A stretch of 64,000 nucleotides of DNA, taken from the NCBI RefSeq assembly GCF_009914755.1, contig NC_060944.1; one strand, 5' to 3'. Below, piece after piece: positions 39,724 through 58,161 of this stretch. The stretch comes from the human T2T-CHM13v2.0 reference genome, Homo sapiens. The notes below the pieces were generated by a model that made no database searches, was not told the origin of the DNA, and saw only the letters and a program-made list of their open reading frames with translations. Numbering within the stretch: position 1 is the stretch's first letter; the number at the start of each line of letters is the position of its first letter. The position numbers and the translations under genes were made by a program.

Positions 39724-41029
39724 GGTGTACTCAAACTGTGAATGATAATTAGCACAGATCAGTGGAACTATGGGGAACTTATCTTTTCACATTATATGTT
39801 GCTCTGACTGTTTTACCATTAGCATGTGTATTTTCTCTTTTGTAAAGAGAATTAAATATAAAAAATGTTCTGATAAGTGGTGCATGCATGATCCTTGTAT
39901 GTAACACTGTGAGGCTGTAGTGTCATTTTTCAATATTCATTTCGCTGGTACTCATTGCCTGACTGTTTAGTGCTGATTACAATTACTTTATTAGATGCTA
40001 AGGACACAGGAGTGACAAGACAGACAAAGCCCCCAGCCTCTGACAGTGAACAGAGAAATATGCAGTATATTTTAAGATAGTGATCAGAATTAAGAAGGCA
40101 AATAAAACACAATCATGGGATAGGAAGCAGGGGGTGATTAGGGGGATGTAGGAAGAGTTTAACAATATGATCAAGAAAGGAATCTCTGAGGAGGTGACGT
40201 TTGAGAAAACACCACAGGTGGAAGAGGATTTGTTGCAGAAGGAACAGCAAGTGCAAAACCTATAAAGTGGGAACCAACACACTAGGTTTAAATAACAGCA
40301 AAAAGGATAATGTCCCTGCAGGAGAAGCTATAAGAACAGAACTTCCAGAAGGTGCGATTAGAGGGTGGGAAGGGTTTTGGATTAAGTGTTATATTAGGTC
40401 ATTTGGGTATTAATTACTCCAAGTCATTATGACCAAAAGGTAGTTTTCCTAATTATTTGCAATCATTTTCAAAATAATTAGGAAACATGGAATGTGGAAA
40501 AACACTCCATTGGCACAGTGTCATGTGGTGAAATGAGATCTGCACCTTGTTCCGGCTCTGCCTGTCATTAGCTGTGGGACCTGAGGAAACTTACTTGATT
40601 TCTTGGCCTCCCAGTTTCTTCACTTTTAAGGATGGAGAAGAGCACTTACTCTGTATCCTATTCTGCTCTCAGAACTACACAAGTAGTAAGTCATTTTATC
40701 CCCACAGCAGCCCCAGGAGGTGGGGACCCTTTTTATCCCCACCTGGCAAGTGAGAAAGTTGAAGCAGAGAAGTCAAGGAAGATCCCACACCATTAGCAAG
40801 TGGCAGAGCCAGGATTTGAACTCAGGCACCTGGGCACCTGAGGTAGCTGCTTAGTCACCACTGTACCAGGTTCCTGCCGGCTCTGCCTACCTCACAGTCT
40901 GGTTGGGAGTGTGCAATGAGGAAAGAATTTTGACAGCAACTTTCAAGAATGTCAATGCTGAACAAATGTATTAACATTATTGGAATATTCTGGAATATCT
41001 CTCTTCTTTCCAAATAAATATTTTAAAGT

Positions 41030-41830
41030 TTCTAAACTCCTAATGAAAGAATTGATTCAGGCCACAAACATTAGTGGATGAAACCATCAGATCGGAGGTT
41101 AATGGGGAACTTTATAATGGAGGAAGCAGGTGGTGCTACCTGAACACAAGGGCCCTCGTGGTGTCACTAGGAGGGACACACCTGGGACTCCTGATGAGAT
41201 GCAATGGTGAGAGCCCAGCACAAATTCCAGAGCATTGCTGCCCTCCCCCAAATTACTCTGAACCTAATCACATTTCAAGCTAATTTATGGGAAATACAAT
41301 GAAAAGAGAAATGCATTAACAACACCGTGAACAGGCAGACAGACAAATACAGAACGTGAGATATTCTACAACACAACTAACCTAGTTTCTCCAACACATC
41401 AAGAGTCTGTATAAAAAGGAGGGGGAGGCTATTCTAGATTAAATAAATGTAGGCGATACAATAAGCAAATCTACTGTGCACACTTCGTTTAGATTCCGTA
41501 TCTTACAATCCACCCTTACAAAGGCATGTTGAGACAATTGGGGAAGATTGAATGTGGACTGTGTTCACGATGACACAAGGAGTGAGTGTGAATTTTGTTA
41601 GATGTGATAATAGAAAATCTCCATAGTTTTAAATGAGGTGTGGTGGAGAGAAGAGACTTCAAGTTTGAATTTGTTTTAAACACTTCAGCAAAGAGAAAAG
41701 TAAACAAACCAAAATTCTGAGAAGAGACACATTTGGAAAAACCGTGAACATTGTTGAGTCTAAGTAATGGGTGCACAGAAGTTCATTCCACTATTCTGTC
41801 TGCTTTTGTATATGTTGGAAATTTTTCATT
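41030..41830 (+). mobile_element. Old L1MC-type 3' fragments
   Basis: gagacaattgggga...tgaatgtggactg; ctgcttttgtatatgttggaaattttt. Confidence 0.6.
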
Positions 41831-43059
41831 AAAAAAACTTCTAGCCCCACTATGAAGCCGTCTGACCAAAAGAGAAGGAGGAAAAAAAAAAAACCCTCAT
41901 CGTATGAAATTGCATAAAATTCAGCCAACCTCAAAACAAGAATAAAAACATTTTTAAAAAAACTCATGAATCGCTGCATGGCTCTTTCAATTTCGGGGTA
42001 ATGATGTAATTAGAGGAGCTCAGTCATTAGAAAAGATTAATTTTAAGACATCTGCTGCTGTCAGTGGCAGATGGCAGAAGAATGGAACATTGAAAGCACG
42101 GGGCTCTCAATCCATCTCTGCTACTTACCGTTGATTTTAGGCAAATGTCTTCAATTTCTGTCCTCACTTTCCTTATCAGTAAAATGGGATTAAAGTTCTA
42201 TAGGGGCTATTGGGAAGATTAAGGGGACTCAAATATGAAAGGCACTTAAAACAATGTCTGGCTCATAGACAGTGCTTAGTCTACGTGAACTACTATTATT
42301 TTCACTTTCATGGTGGTCAGAGCTTCATGGGGGCACAAATAATTTGGACCAAGTGAAGATATTCTCATATTTGGTTTCCAATATTCAGTTTCTCTTACCC
42401 ATTTTCCAACATTTCTCTCCTGCCTGTTTCTCTTCCCCCAGTAAAAATGCCCTTGCTCTGTAGACTCAGAACAAAGCTCACCACAGTTTTAGTGGTCTCA
42501 CTTGGGTCCAGGTCATTGCAATGGGCTATGGTTGGGATGAAGGAAAGGAAGAGGTAAACAGTGAAGGGTAATGTTGCTGGTGTGGTATCTGAAAGCAAAA
42601 TGCCTCTGCAACCTGAGGATTCTCTTTCCTCCCTGGATCTCTTGCCTGCCTCTTGGTAGGATACCAGGACTCCAGGATTCCAGGACTCCCCCAGTGGCCT
42701 CAAGCACTTCGTGTTGTCCAGCCATCCTTGGCAGGAAGGACTCTTCCCTTACAGGAAGAGTCCTTGGTGTTTTGCTTTGTGCCTTGTTTTGGTGGTTGTG
42801 GGTTGGGGTGTGGGTTTGGTTTGGCTTTTCTTTTTTTCTTTTTAATGGCTCTGCATGAGACATATTTTATAAAGTTCTACATTTTGCTCCAGGGCCCTGC
42901 TGAACCCAACCAGGAATCAAGCAGAACATGTGTGGTCCTGTCCGAGTCTGTCACTGCACGTTGGGTGCCTTTTTGAAGGTTGCCTTTTGTGGGCCTAGAG
43001 AATATTGGAACACGCATCGTAAAATGCAGACATCTGAACTTGCATCATGTGTTTTTCTA

Positions 43060-43621
<562 letters not shown>

Positions 43622-43715
43622 AAAAAGTTTTTAAAAATACCAGGGACAGCAAAATTGGGTTGATTGACCAAATGATGGGCCCTCGTTTTACATGCGATCA
43701 AGAATGAGGGAAACA

Positions 43716-43930
43716 GGCTGGGCAAGGTGGCTCATGCCTGTAATCCTAGCACTTTGGGAGGCTGAGGCGGGTGGATCACCTGAGGTCAGGTGTTCGAGAC
43801 TAGCCTGGCCAACATGGCAAAACCCCATCTCTACTGAAAATACAAAAATTAGCCGGGCGTGGTGCTGTGCACCTGTAATCCCAGCTACTCGGGAGGCTGA
43901 GTCAGGAGAATCACTTGAACCCAGGAGGAA
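43716..43930 (+). mobile_element. AluS-type lacking its 3' end
   Basis: Homology stops after gaacccaggagg; no tail. Confidence 0.9.
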
Positions 43931-44161
43931 GTAGAGTAAAAGCTTTCCCACCAGCTGTTTTTATTTTTTATTGTATGCCAAGCTCATATGAATGAGAATT
44001 CATCAAGCATAGTTGAGAGAATTTAGTCTGGAATTGAGATTCAAGACTCAAGCTGGTTTCCTTTTGTCATAGGACTCCCTAGGACTCAGTCCGCTTGGCT
44101 GAAGGATGGTGCTCTGAATAGGCTGCTGGGGAGGCATATTGCTTATGCAATTGCTTATGTA

Positions 44162-44788
<627 letters not shown>

Positions 44789-47700
44789 CCTAAGAGAGTT
44801 TTTGGATAAAGCTTTCCAATCAGGGAGTAAAAACAGCACAAGGGATGAAGACATGGGACATTCCGTGGGGAATATAGATTGGACTCACCGCTCTGAGGAG
44901 CGACATGCAAACGGGTTTTTCAGTTTTAAACTGGGGGGCCCAGCAGTTTTTCCTTGGGGTATCACTTCTAGAGAACTCCAGGCACGTGCACCCAAGAAGA
45001 CCTGCTCCAGTCATTGTGGAATTCGTTCTCATAACAACAACATGGAACCCCTGAGGACTGGACAGGTGAACTGTGGAATAGACATACCTGCAGATACCAT
45101 GCAGCAGTGAGAAAGAATAAACTAGATTTCTGTGTCATGGCATGGAATGAACACCAAGGTATTTTATTATTAGAGTGAAAAAACATCCTGGAACAAGATG
45201 TACAAGATCAATAGCGATAACAACACATTCACAAAACACATTTGTAAAAACAGTACTGTATATTTTAATGAAGGTGTGTGGGTGTTTGTGTTTATAAGCT
45301 ATTTATCCTATTAATTGTGGATACATCTGGTAGGAGGTAGTGCCCCAATGTGGCTGTAATCTTATCTGAAATTTTAAAATGTATTTACAAATATTTTTAG
45401 ATGTTATTTGGGTAACCAAAATTCTATTTTAAAAGAAAAAGGGCCATGCAGTTCTTATCTCAGCAGGAGGAGGCACAGGTGGACTAGTTGGGGTCACCTG
45501 TTGAGGAATTCCTACTAAGTCTGGATAGCAAATCCCACTCTGAAATGCCAACTTCAGGAGAGCAGGAACTTGTCTGTCTGGTTGGACACTGTATCCTCAA
45601 TGTCTGAGACAGTCCCTGGTTCTTTGAAGGCCCTTAAAGGACAGGGGAAGGGGAGGAAAGATGAAATCAATTAGTGAAGGAGTAGCAGCTTTGCTCTTTG
45701 GTGTGCTATGTAAACAGCATCGGTGATTCTAAATGATGGGCAGCCTGACTCAATGAATGAATCAGTGAATGGCTTTAGTGTCAGCTGTGTTCCTGATCCA
45801 TTTATCTGCCTTCTAGCCTTTGCAAAGGAAACTGAATTTGCCTTATTTATCTGGGGAGATGATTCCCAACACATTGCAGCCCTGCCCCACAACTTCTATT
45901 CAATGACACTTCCCCATGTTAAGGGAGACAGGGTAGGGGAGGATGGAGGTGTGGACAGGAGGAGGGATTTGTGATCACTTCCTTGTGGCTTGTGGAGTTC
46001 TTCCCCAAAGTTGTTGAAGTGACAACAGCACCTGAATTTCACTGGCTGGACCCACAGCTGATTCCTACTCTAATTTTTCACACTGAACACCTGGGGCGTG
46101 ATATACCTGTATCAAAACAAAAGGCAGTCTGCAGTCCCGCAGGCAAGGGTCTGCCCACGGCTCCAGGTAGGCATCTTCCAGGGCTTGTGTGCAGCAGGAG
46201 AGAACGTCTCTTCTCCAGCAGTTCATCTTGGGCCTCCCGTTGGCCCCAGGTGGCTCACGTGACCACCACCCTGGAGCCAATCACTGTAGACCGAGGAATG
46301 GGAGATGCTAATTGCCAGCCTCAGAGCTTGTTAGTAGGGTCAGTCCCAGCCAAGCCACGTGGACTGAGAGTCATGGGGAGACCTAGGGAAATTAAATAAC
46401 TCACAAACACCTGTAAAAACTGTTACAGTGACTGGTGTGTGTGATAGAGGGCCATGGGCCTGTGAAAGCTGCAGGAGGGAAATCGCTTACTCAGGGAGAG
46501 CCTGGGGAAATCCTGCCGGAACTGAGGCCTCTGCAGGGTGAGCAGGAGGGACTGGAGTTCCAGGCAGAGGGAACAGCATGTACAAAGGCCCTGTGGCAAG
46601 AGGGAGTGTGGAGCGAGAGAAAGGCCAGCGTGCTGGAATCAGATATTGGACAAGGAGAAGCCAGATCAAGGCTGTGTTCGGAACTCTTTGCTTTATCTTA
46701 AGAGCAATGGAAAGCCGTCAGAGGTTATAAGCAAGGATGAGGTGAGGCGGGCAGGTTCAGATTTATGCTGTCATTTGCTGCACAGAGAACAAACTGGAGG
46801 GAGGCCCCGGTGGCCCCAGGGAGGTGGGCAGGGGGGCTGCCGTGGTCTTCCTGGGCAGAGAGGATGGTGGCTTGGACCTGGGCGATGGCCATGGAGGTGA
46901 ACTTTATAAGGCCTGGAGATGGATTGGACGTGAGCATTGAAGGAGAGGGAGAAGTAAGAGCAATCCTGAGCTTTTGGTTTGAGCAACTGCCCCCGAAATG
47001 GGGGAAGCCAAGATGGTTTGTGATTCACAGATGTATTTTGAATGGAAATTGAATGAGGCTGGTGGAGGCTGTCAGAGACGTCCAGGTTTGGGCCACAGCT
47101 GCTGTCTGTCCAGAAGCCTGTGATTGAAGTCAGCAGGCTTTGATTTCTCAGCCCGTGAAGGATGCTGGGAGTGACCCTCTCCAAAGTCCCCTTAGCCGAC
47201 TGGCCATCTGTCCTCTGCATCTAACAGACAGGGCCACCATCCTCAGCCAAGGTAGCTGGTGTACTCACGGGGGTGTGGAAAGGTGAGCGGCCCACCCGCC
47301 TGGGACCCTCCATCTGCTTTTGATCCCTCCCAGCCTTTGAAGCTGCCCCTGCCCCCACCCTCCAGCTGTCATCTCTCGGGCTCCCCCACTTCTTCCCAGT
47401 CCCCAGGGACAGGGGTGGTGACAAGGGTAACAAATGGCACAAGCCGCAGGCAGCAGCAGGCCAAGGGGGCCAGAGGGAGGGTGTTCCTGAATGCCTCTTT
47501 CTTCCCGCTCCTTCAGGCTGTCTTCTGAAGTAGCCAGGCTATCAGGGTTTTGCAACAATGCAACAAAGAAAGAATTTTTTTTTTTTGTAAATGAATTCCA
47601 TGCTTTTCCTTCCTTTCCCTTCCCTGCCTTCGTGAAAGGGAAGCTAAGTCTTTCTCCTACCCCAGATTCCTTGAAGGCTGTCTGAGTTCTCTCTTCCTTC

Positions 47701-48554
47701 CCCTGCATAGAGAATAAGCTGGTCTCCAATTTCAGGTAATTGTGAGGTGGGGAAGAGTGGGGAGAATGTGAAGGAAGCCTTCCCCACCAAAGTGCAGCAG
47801 AGCTCAACTCTGCCCCTCAAACCACAATAGGAACCAGTGGTTTCCGGGTGATCCTGATGACAGTTTCCAGTGTCTACCTGGAATGAAACGAATGGTGTGT
47901 TTCAAGCCTTTGTCTGTGTGCATGCAAATAATCTCAGCTGCCCTTTGTTGAATACCCACTCACTCGTGCCTTCTCTGACTCATTTTTCTCAGAATAACCT
48001 GGCGGGGAGGGTATTATTTTCTCCATCTTATAGAACTGAGGCTCAGATAAGTGAAATAACTTGCCCAAGGTTACACCGCTGATAACGACATAGCTGGGAT
48101 TTGAACCCCTGGAGCAGATAACACGTCTGGTGCTCTGACTGGGTAGCTTAGTAGACTTTAGAGCTAGATGGGCCCTGAGTTGAAATTGTGATCCAGAGCT
48201 ATTTGCAAGCTGTGGTTAAGAGCACAGATCTGGAGCCAGATCACCTGGTTGAGAATCCTGACTCTACCACTGACTAGCCAGGTCAGTCTCTGAACCTGTC
48301 TCCTTATCTCTACCTACTTCATAGGATGAAACGAGCCAGTGCATGCAGAGAGATTTAAGCCTCAGCGTAAATGCTCTGTAACTGTGAGCTGTTTTTATTT
48401 CTAGTATCTGTAAACTAAGCAATATAATTAGGGCCAGGTTAAGACCTTTAGCAGCCTCAAACACCAGAGACTGGCCTCTCTCCTCCATTGTCTCCTCCAA
48501 TACAATAATAAAACGGTGTGGTTCGTAAGACAAAAAACTCGCTGTGCTGAAATT

Positions 48555-49118
48555 TTTTTTACAATTTTGTTTAGTTTTGTTTTTTATTGATACATAATAG
48601 ATGGACATATTTTCAGGGTGCATGTGACTGTTTGATACGTTCATATAATGTATACAGATCAAATCAGCATAATTGGGATTTCATCCCCTTAGATATGTAT
48701 CTTTTCTTTATGTTAGCATCATTCAAATTACTCTATACTCTGGCTATTTTGAATGTGTGATAAACTATTGTTAATTATAGTCACCGTACTGTTCTATTGA
48801 ACACTAGCTCTTATTCCTTCTAACTGTATATTTGTACCCATTAATCAACCTCTCTTCATCCTCCCCACCACCCTTCCTGGCCTTCAGTAATCACAGTCTA
48901 CTCTCTATCTTCATGAGATCTACTTTTTTAGCTCCCACATGTGATTGAGAACATGCCATATTTGTCTTTCTGTCCTTGGCTTGTTTCACTTAACATAATG
49001 ACCTCCAGTTCCATCCATGTTGCTGCAAATGACAGGATTTCATTGTTTTTTATGGCTGAATAATATTCTAGTGTATATGCATACCACATTTTCTTTATCC
49101 ATCCATCAATTGGTGGAG
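48555..49118 (-). mobile_element. L1MA-type 3' end
   Basis: tagctcccacat.tga.tgagaacatg...cagttccatccatgttgctgcaaatgacaggattt. Confidence 0.88.
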
Positions 49119-49759
49119 TGCGCTGACATTTGAAAAGCTTCTTTTTAGATCCTCATGGCAGAACAGGATAAGTTCACCAAACAGGAATGATTTCACGTTT
49201 TCTTGGTGTCTAGACTTTGCTCAGACTTAAATCTGTGTTTAGTCGGCCTTTGAGGAAATACAGGACAGATCCTTCTATCTCCCAGCGTGGTTGAGAGAAT
49301 TAAAAGAGATCATGTAAATGTGATCAGGAAAATTGCCTGGTGTATAATAGGTGCTTGGGAAATGAGAACCATGACTAGAATTTTTGGAAGGGTTTTACTA
49401 ACTCTGGAAACTGAGTTGCCTTGAGTTGCTTGTTCACATTCCTATACTCTGTGGCTAATAGTTTGCTTCTGCAAGTCACCAGTGCCTGTAGCTGTAGCTG
49501 ACAGCAGGAAAGAACAATTGTCAGGTTCTCAAGTCAGGGTCATGTTTACTTTGTGAAGATTAATATTTCTGTAGCTTTGGCTTTATTAGTGCTGTTCATT
49601 TATTTGCCTCCAAAGGATGGTGTGTTTTGATTGCTATAGGTATTTTAATTGCTATAGGTATTTTAGATTTTGCAGATCTAATTCTAGGTCTAACAGAGCC
49701 CTAGAATCAGTCAAGTCCCTTTCTTCATGCACATTAATTTTGGAAAAAATAAACTTTTA

Positions 49760-53210
<3,451 letters not shown>

Positions 53211-53689
53211 GTCATTGTCTAGGGCATGGTGGAAAATAAGGATAAATGGGAACTTTTAAAAATCTTGTTGGAAGAAGGTGATGGCTCAAATAAGATTTCC
53301 TTCCTCCCTGTCTCTCTCTCCCTCTGCCCCTTCTTTCCTCCCTTCCTCCAACAGATGCTAACTGGATGATGGAATGAACAAGATTCTGTGTTAAGTGCTG
53401 TGGAGGAAATAAAGATGATTTCCCCATTGGCTTGGCCTTCAAGAACCTTAGGCAAGGGCCTAAGGTGAATACACCAGAAGCCTTAGTAGCAATACTCTGT
53501 CCCAGAGTTCAGACTCATAAACACATTCCTGCTCTGCTTAAAATCAACAAATGCTGTTTTGGATGTGTAAGAGCTCTTAAGGATGACAGCAACACTCAGT
53601 AAAGTAAATAAGCTACGTGACTGAGGCCAGAAGCGTCACACTGCCGTCTCTTTCCTTAGCAGGCTTTTCTGATAATACATATGACATAG

Positions 53690-54030
53690 CTCTCAAATGC
53701 AAATGCCTATAGGGACCAGGAGGAAATACCAATGGAAAAAGAGGGTCAAATTTAAGAGAGTAGGGAGTGGTGGGGACTGTGACAAAATGGAGCCCATATG
53801 CCTTGACTTAATTGGGCCGCCACTGTTCAGTGCCAGCTGGTTGCTGCCATGCAAGAATAAGGCAATACTCTTGTATTTTCAAGAAAAGCCAAAAATCTAG
53901 ATTTTTATGTGAAATTGTCTCATTTTTAAATATTGGCAACTACCTCAAATATTTTTAAACCCTAGGGAGTGGGGAAAACAATTCATTTTGTTTTTAACCA
54001 CATTTGGTCAGTTGGCTAACAATTTGCTGC
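53690..54030. mobile_element. MER102-like hAT element; opposite-strand copy at about 59705-60240 is split by an Alu
   Basis: caaatgcctataggg.ccagg...aagaaaagccaaaaatctagatttttatgtgaa. Confidence 0.65.
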
Positions 54031-54366
54031 TTCTAATACTCTCATAGCATCTGGATATCTGGAAACTAGTGATATTTTTTAACCTCATTGTTTATTTTTT
54101 TAACCTTTCATTATTTGCACATACCGAAAAGAATGAAGGGAATGAGTTTAGATAAGATGCAAATTTCTGGCACCTGTAGCCAGATAAAAGATACAATGTC
54201 TACCATTTGCTAAGCACCATACAATATGCTTTGATGTATTAGAGGGAGCAAGACACCTAGGCCTCTATCCTGGAGTGCCTGTGGCATTTGAGAAACAAGA
54301 AAACAGGCACCCAGGATGCATGTATACGTGGGGACATTTTAGGACTCAACATTTATATAAACACTG

Positions 54367-54627
54367 GAGATATATATATAATATATCTCTATATATCTAA
54401 TGTATATATTATATATTATATATAATATCTCTATATATCTAATGTATATATATACACATTAGATATATTATATATTATGTATTATATATCGATATATAAT
54501 ATATAGATCTATATAATATCTATATATATAATATATAAATCTATATAATATCTATATATATAATATATAATATATCTAATGTGTATATATATACATTAGA
54601 TATATAGAGATATATATATCTCTCTCC
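54367..54627. repeat. Palindromic AT-rich repeat
   Basis: Perfect 54-bp inverted arms 54425-54478 / 54560-54613 plus internal palindromes. Confidence 0.93.
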
Positions 54628-54659
54628 AATATAAAGATATAAACAATAGAGCTGATTTG

Positions 54660-55068
54660 TGTATTAGCCCATTTTGCGTTGCTGTAAAGGAATACCTGAT
54701 ACTGAGTAATTTATTTCAAAAAGAGATTTATTTGGCTCACGGTTCTGCAGGTGGTACTAGCATGGCATCAGTATCTGTTCCGCTTCTGGTGAGGCCTTGG
54801 GAAGCTTTTACTCATAGTGGAAGGTGGAGGGCCAGCAGGCACATCCCACGGTAACAGAAGGCGCAAGAGAGATGCCCGACTCTTTTAAACAACTAGTTCT
54901 TCTGTGAACTAATAGAACAAGAACTCACTCATACCATGGAGAGGACACCAAGCCATTCATGAGGGATCCATCCCTATGACCCAAACCTCTCCCACTAGCC
55001 CCACAACACTGGGGATCACGTCACATTTTAACATGAGAGTTGAAGGGGACAAAGTCCAAACCATATCA
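54660..55068 (-). mobile_element. MSTB-like MaLR solo LTR
   Basis: tgtattag.ccatttt..gttgct.taaaggaatacctga...ccaaaccatatca. Confidence 0.87.
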
Positions 55069-55234
55069 GGGTGGGATTCTGTCATCAGATCAAAAAGTCC
55101 ATGTACAGAAAGTACTTCCTATGTGCAAGCCTGAGATAAGGGCTTTCTTATTTAAAAATTATAAAGTGTTTCAGGCATACAAAGATGGGTAAAACATACA
55201 AAAGTAGGGTACCCAGCATCCTGCTTAACTGATA

Positions 55235-55568
55235 CAGGGGTTGGCAAACTTTTGCTGCCAGATACTAAATACCTTCGGCTCTGCAGGCCACACACGGTCT
55301 CTGTTGAAACTACTCCGCTTAACACTGTGGTGTGAAAGTAACCACAGACAGGATAGTAAACCAGTGAGCAGGGCAGTGTTCCAATAAAACTTTACCTATG
55401 GACACTGAAATATGAATTTCGTGTCATTTTCACATATTATGAAATAGTATCCTTCTTTTGATTATTTTGCAACCATTTAAAAATGTGAAAGCCGTTCCAG
55501 ACTTGGGTCACACAAAAACAGCTGTGGGCTGGATTTGGCTTACGGGCCATAGGTAGTGTCAGCCCCTG
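55235..55568 (-). mobile_element. MER58B-like
   Basis: caggggttggcaaactttt...ccaataaaacttta...ggacactgaaa. Confidence 0.8.
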
Positions 55569-55751
55569 AATTAAAGCACTACATAGTCTGAGCCCCCCAG
55601 GTGCCACTTCCAAAATTACATCCCCTCCTACCCCCAGAGTTAGCCATTCTCTTGAAAACAGTGTTGATCATTCCTGAGTGTAATTTTGTTTTTGTGGAAT
55701 GCATCTGTGTCCATTAACAGTACAGTTGGTTCCAATTCAAGGATTCAGTTA

Positions 55752-56222
<471 letters not shown>

Positions 56223-56873
56223 TTACATAGTGTTTACATTGCGTTGGACATTATAAGTAATCTAGAGATGATTTAAAGTATATGGGAGGATGTATGTGGG
56301 TTATATGCAAATACTCTACCATTTTTTATAAGGTACTTGAGCACTTGCCAATTTTGGTGTCCATGGCGGGGGGCGGGGGTGGGTCCTGGAAACAGCCCTC
56401 CTGGGATACTGAGGGGCAGCTGTATTTTTGAACTTTATGTTGAATAAGCATTTAAGTTGCTATTAAAATAGTGCTTTTTTTTACATGAATCATCTTTTTA
56501 AATCTTCACCGTGACCATTTTCCAGATGAGAAAACTTTTGACTTAGAGCAGTTTGGTAACTTGCTCAAAGTAGTGGGTAGCACACTGGGATGTGAATTTG
56601 CAACCTTTTTACAATGGGATCTGAGTTTATAAGCACCACACCAGCGATCGCTACGTTGTGTTTCATTAACCAAGTAATAACTGATCTTGCCAAGGATAAC
56701 CTTATGATAACGACGTGCTCACAATAAATTTAGCCTTTCTCTGAAGACAACTGCAGGTTAAATGTTACTGGTTGTAGTTCAGACCTTGGAAAATTGCTAC
56801 GCCATGTACAGTGGTGTGTGCGTTAACCAGAAACCTTACTTTCTAAACCCAGTGGGTGGGAATTTATTAATAT

Positions 56874-57166
56874 TTATTTTGAGACAGGGTCTCACTCTGT
56901 CACAGAGGCTGGAAGGCAGTGGCACGATTAGAGCTCACTGCACCTTCCATCTACCCTGGCTCAGGTGATCCTCCCACCTCAGCCTCTTGAGTAGCTGGGA
57001 CTACAGGCATGTGCCACCATGCCCAGCTAACTTTGTTGTATTTTTTTGTAGAGATGGGGTTTTGCCATGTTGCCTAGGCTGGTCTTGAACTCCTGGGCTC
57101 AAGTGATCTGCCTGCCTCAGCCTCCCAAAGTGCTGGAACTGAAGGTGTGAGCCACCATGCCTGGCC
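56874..57166 (-). mobile_element. AluJ-type
   Basis: Dimeric; gaattta repeated at flanks. Confidence 0.92.
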
Positions 57167-57358
57167 AGAATTTAGAAGGAGTGACTACCAACATGGTGCA
57201 AGAATTAGAAATGTTTTCAATTAAAAAATGAGAAAGACCAAAGGAGACCTCATCCCTACTCTCCCCTGCCCGCCCCCCATAACATATTATAAAAATCATG
57301 GGTGATTCAGGAGCCAGTATGTTCTCTCTTGGTCAGGTCCACAGTGATGAGCTGTTGA

Positions 57359-57870
<512 letters not shown>

Positions 57871-58120
57871 TGACATTGAAGAGAGACCAAAATATAATTT
57901 TTCTAATGGCAAAATACAGCAAGAAGGAGGGGAATGTTTTAATCAACTGGGTGTATTCTCCAGCGGGGAGCAAGAACTTCATTTTAATTTCTCATTTCCC
58001 TTTGATGAAAAGTTGAGTGAATTTTTATCATGTAGAATTTATAAGAAGTCTGGGTTTAGGTAATCAGTTGTAATATTTATACTCTTAGGGAAAGAAATAG
58101 GAATCATTAGCAAGCATGCA

Positions 58121-58161
58121 TAATTAATGAATAAATTATATTTCCCTTTGTTTTCTTTCAG
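58121..58161 (+). promoter_or_regulatory. 3' splice site: putative branch point (taattaat), polypyrimidine tract and AG
   Basis: No AG between 58115 and 58159; pyrimidine run 58141-58159; CAG at 58159-58161. Confidence 0.85.

Noticed and set aside
47265-47807. 180-aa minus-strand ORF (also 33430-33915 and 8736-9260)
   Set aside because: No recognisable domain and low-complexity composition typical of chance ORFs in GC-rich DNA; several start at non-ATG codons.
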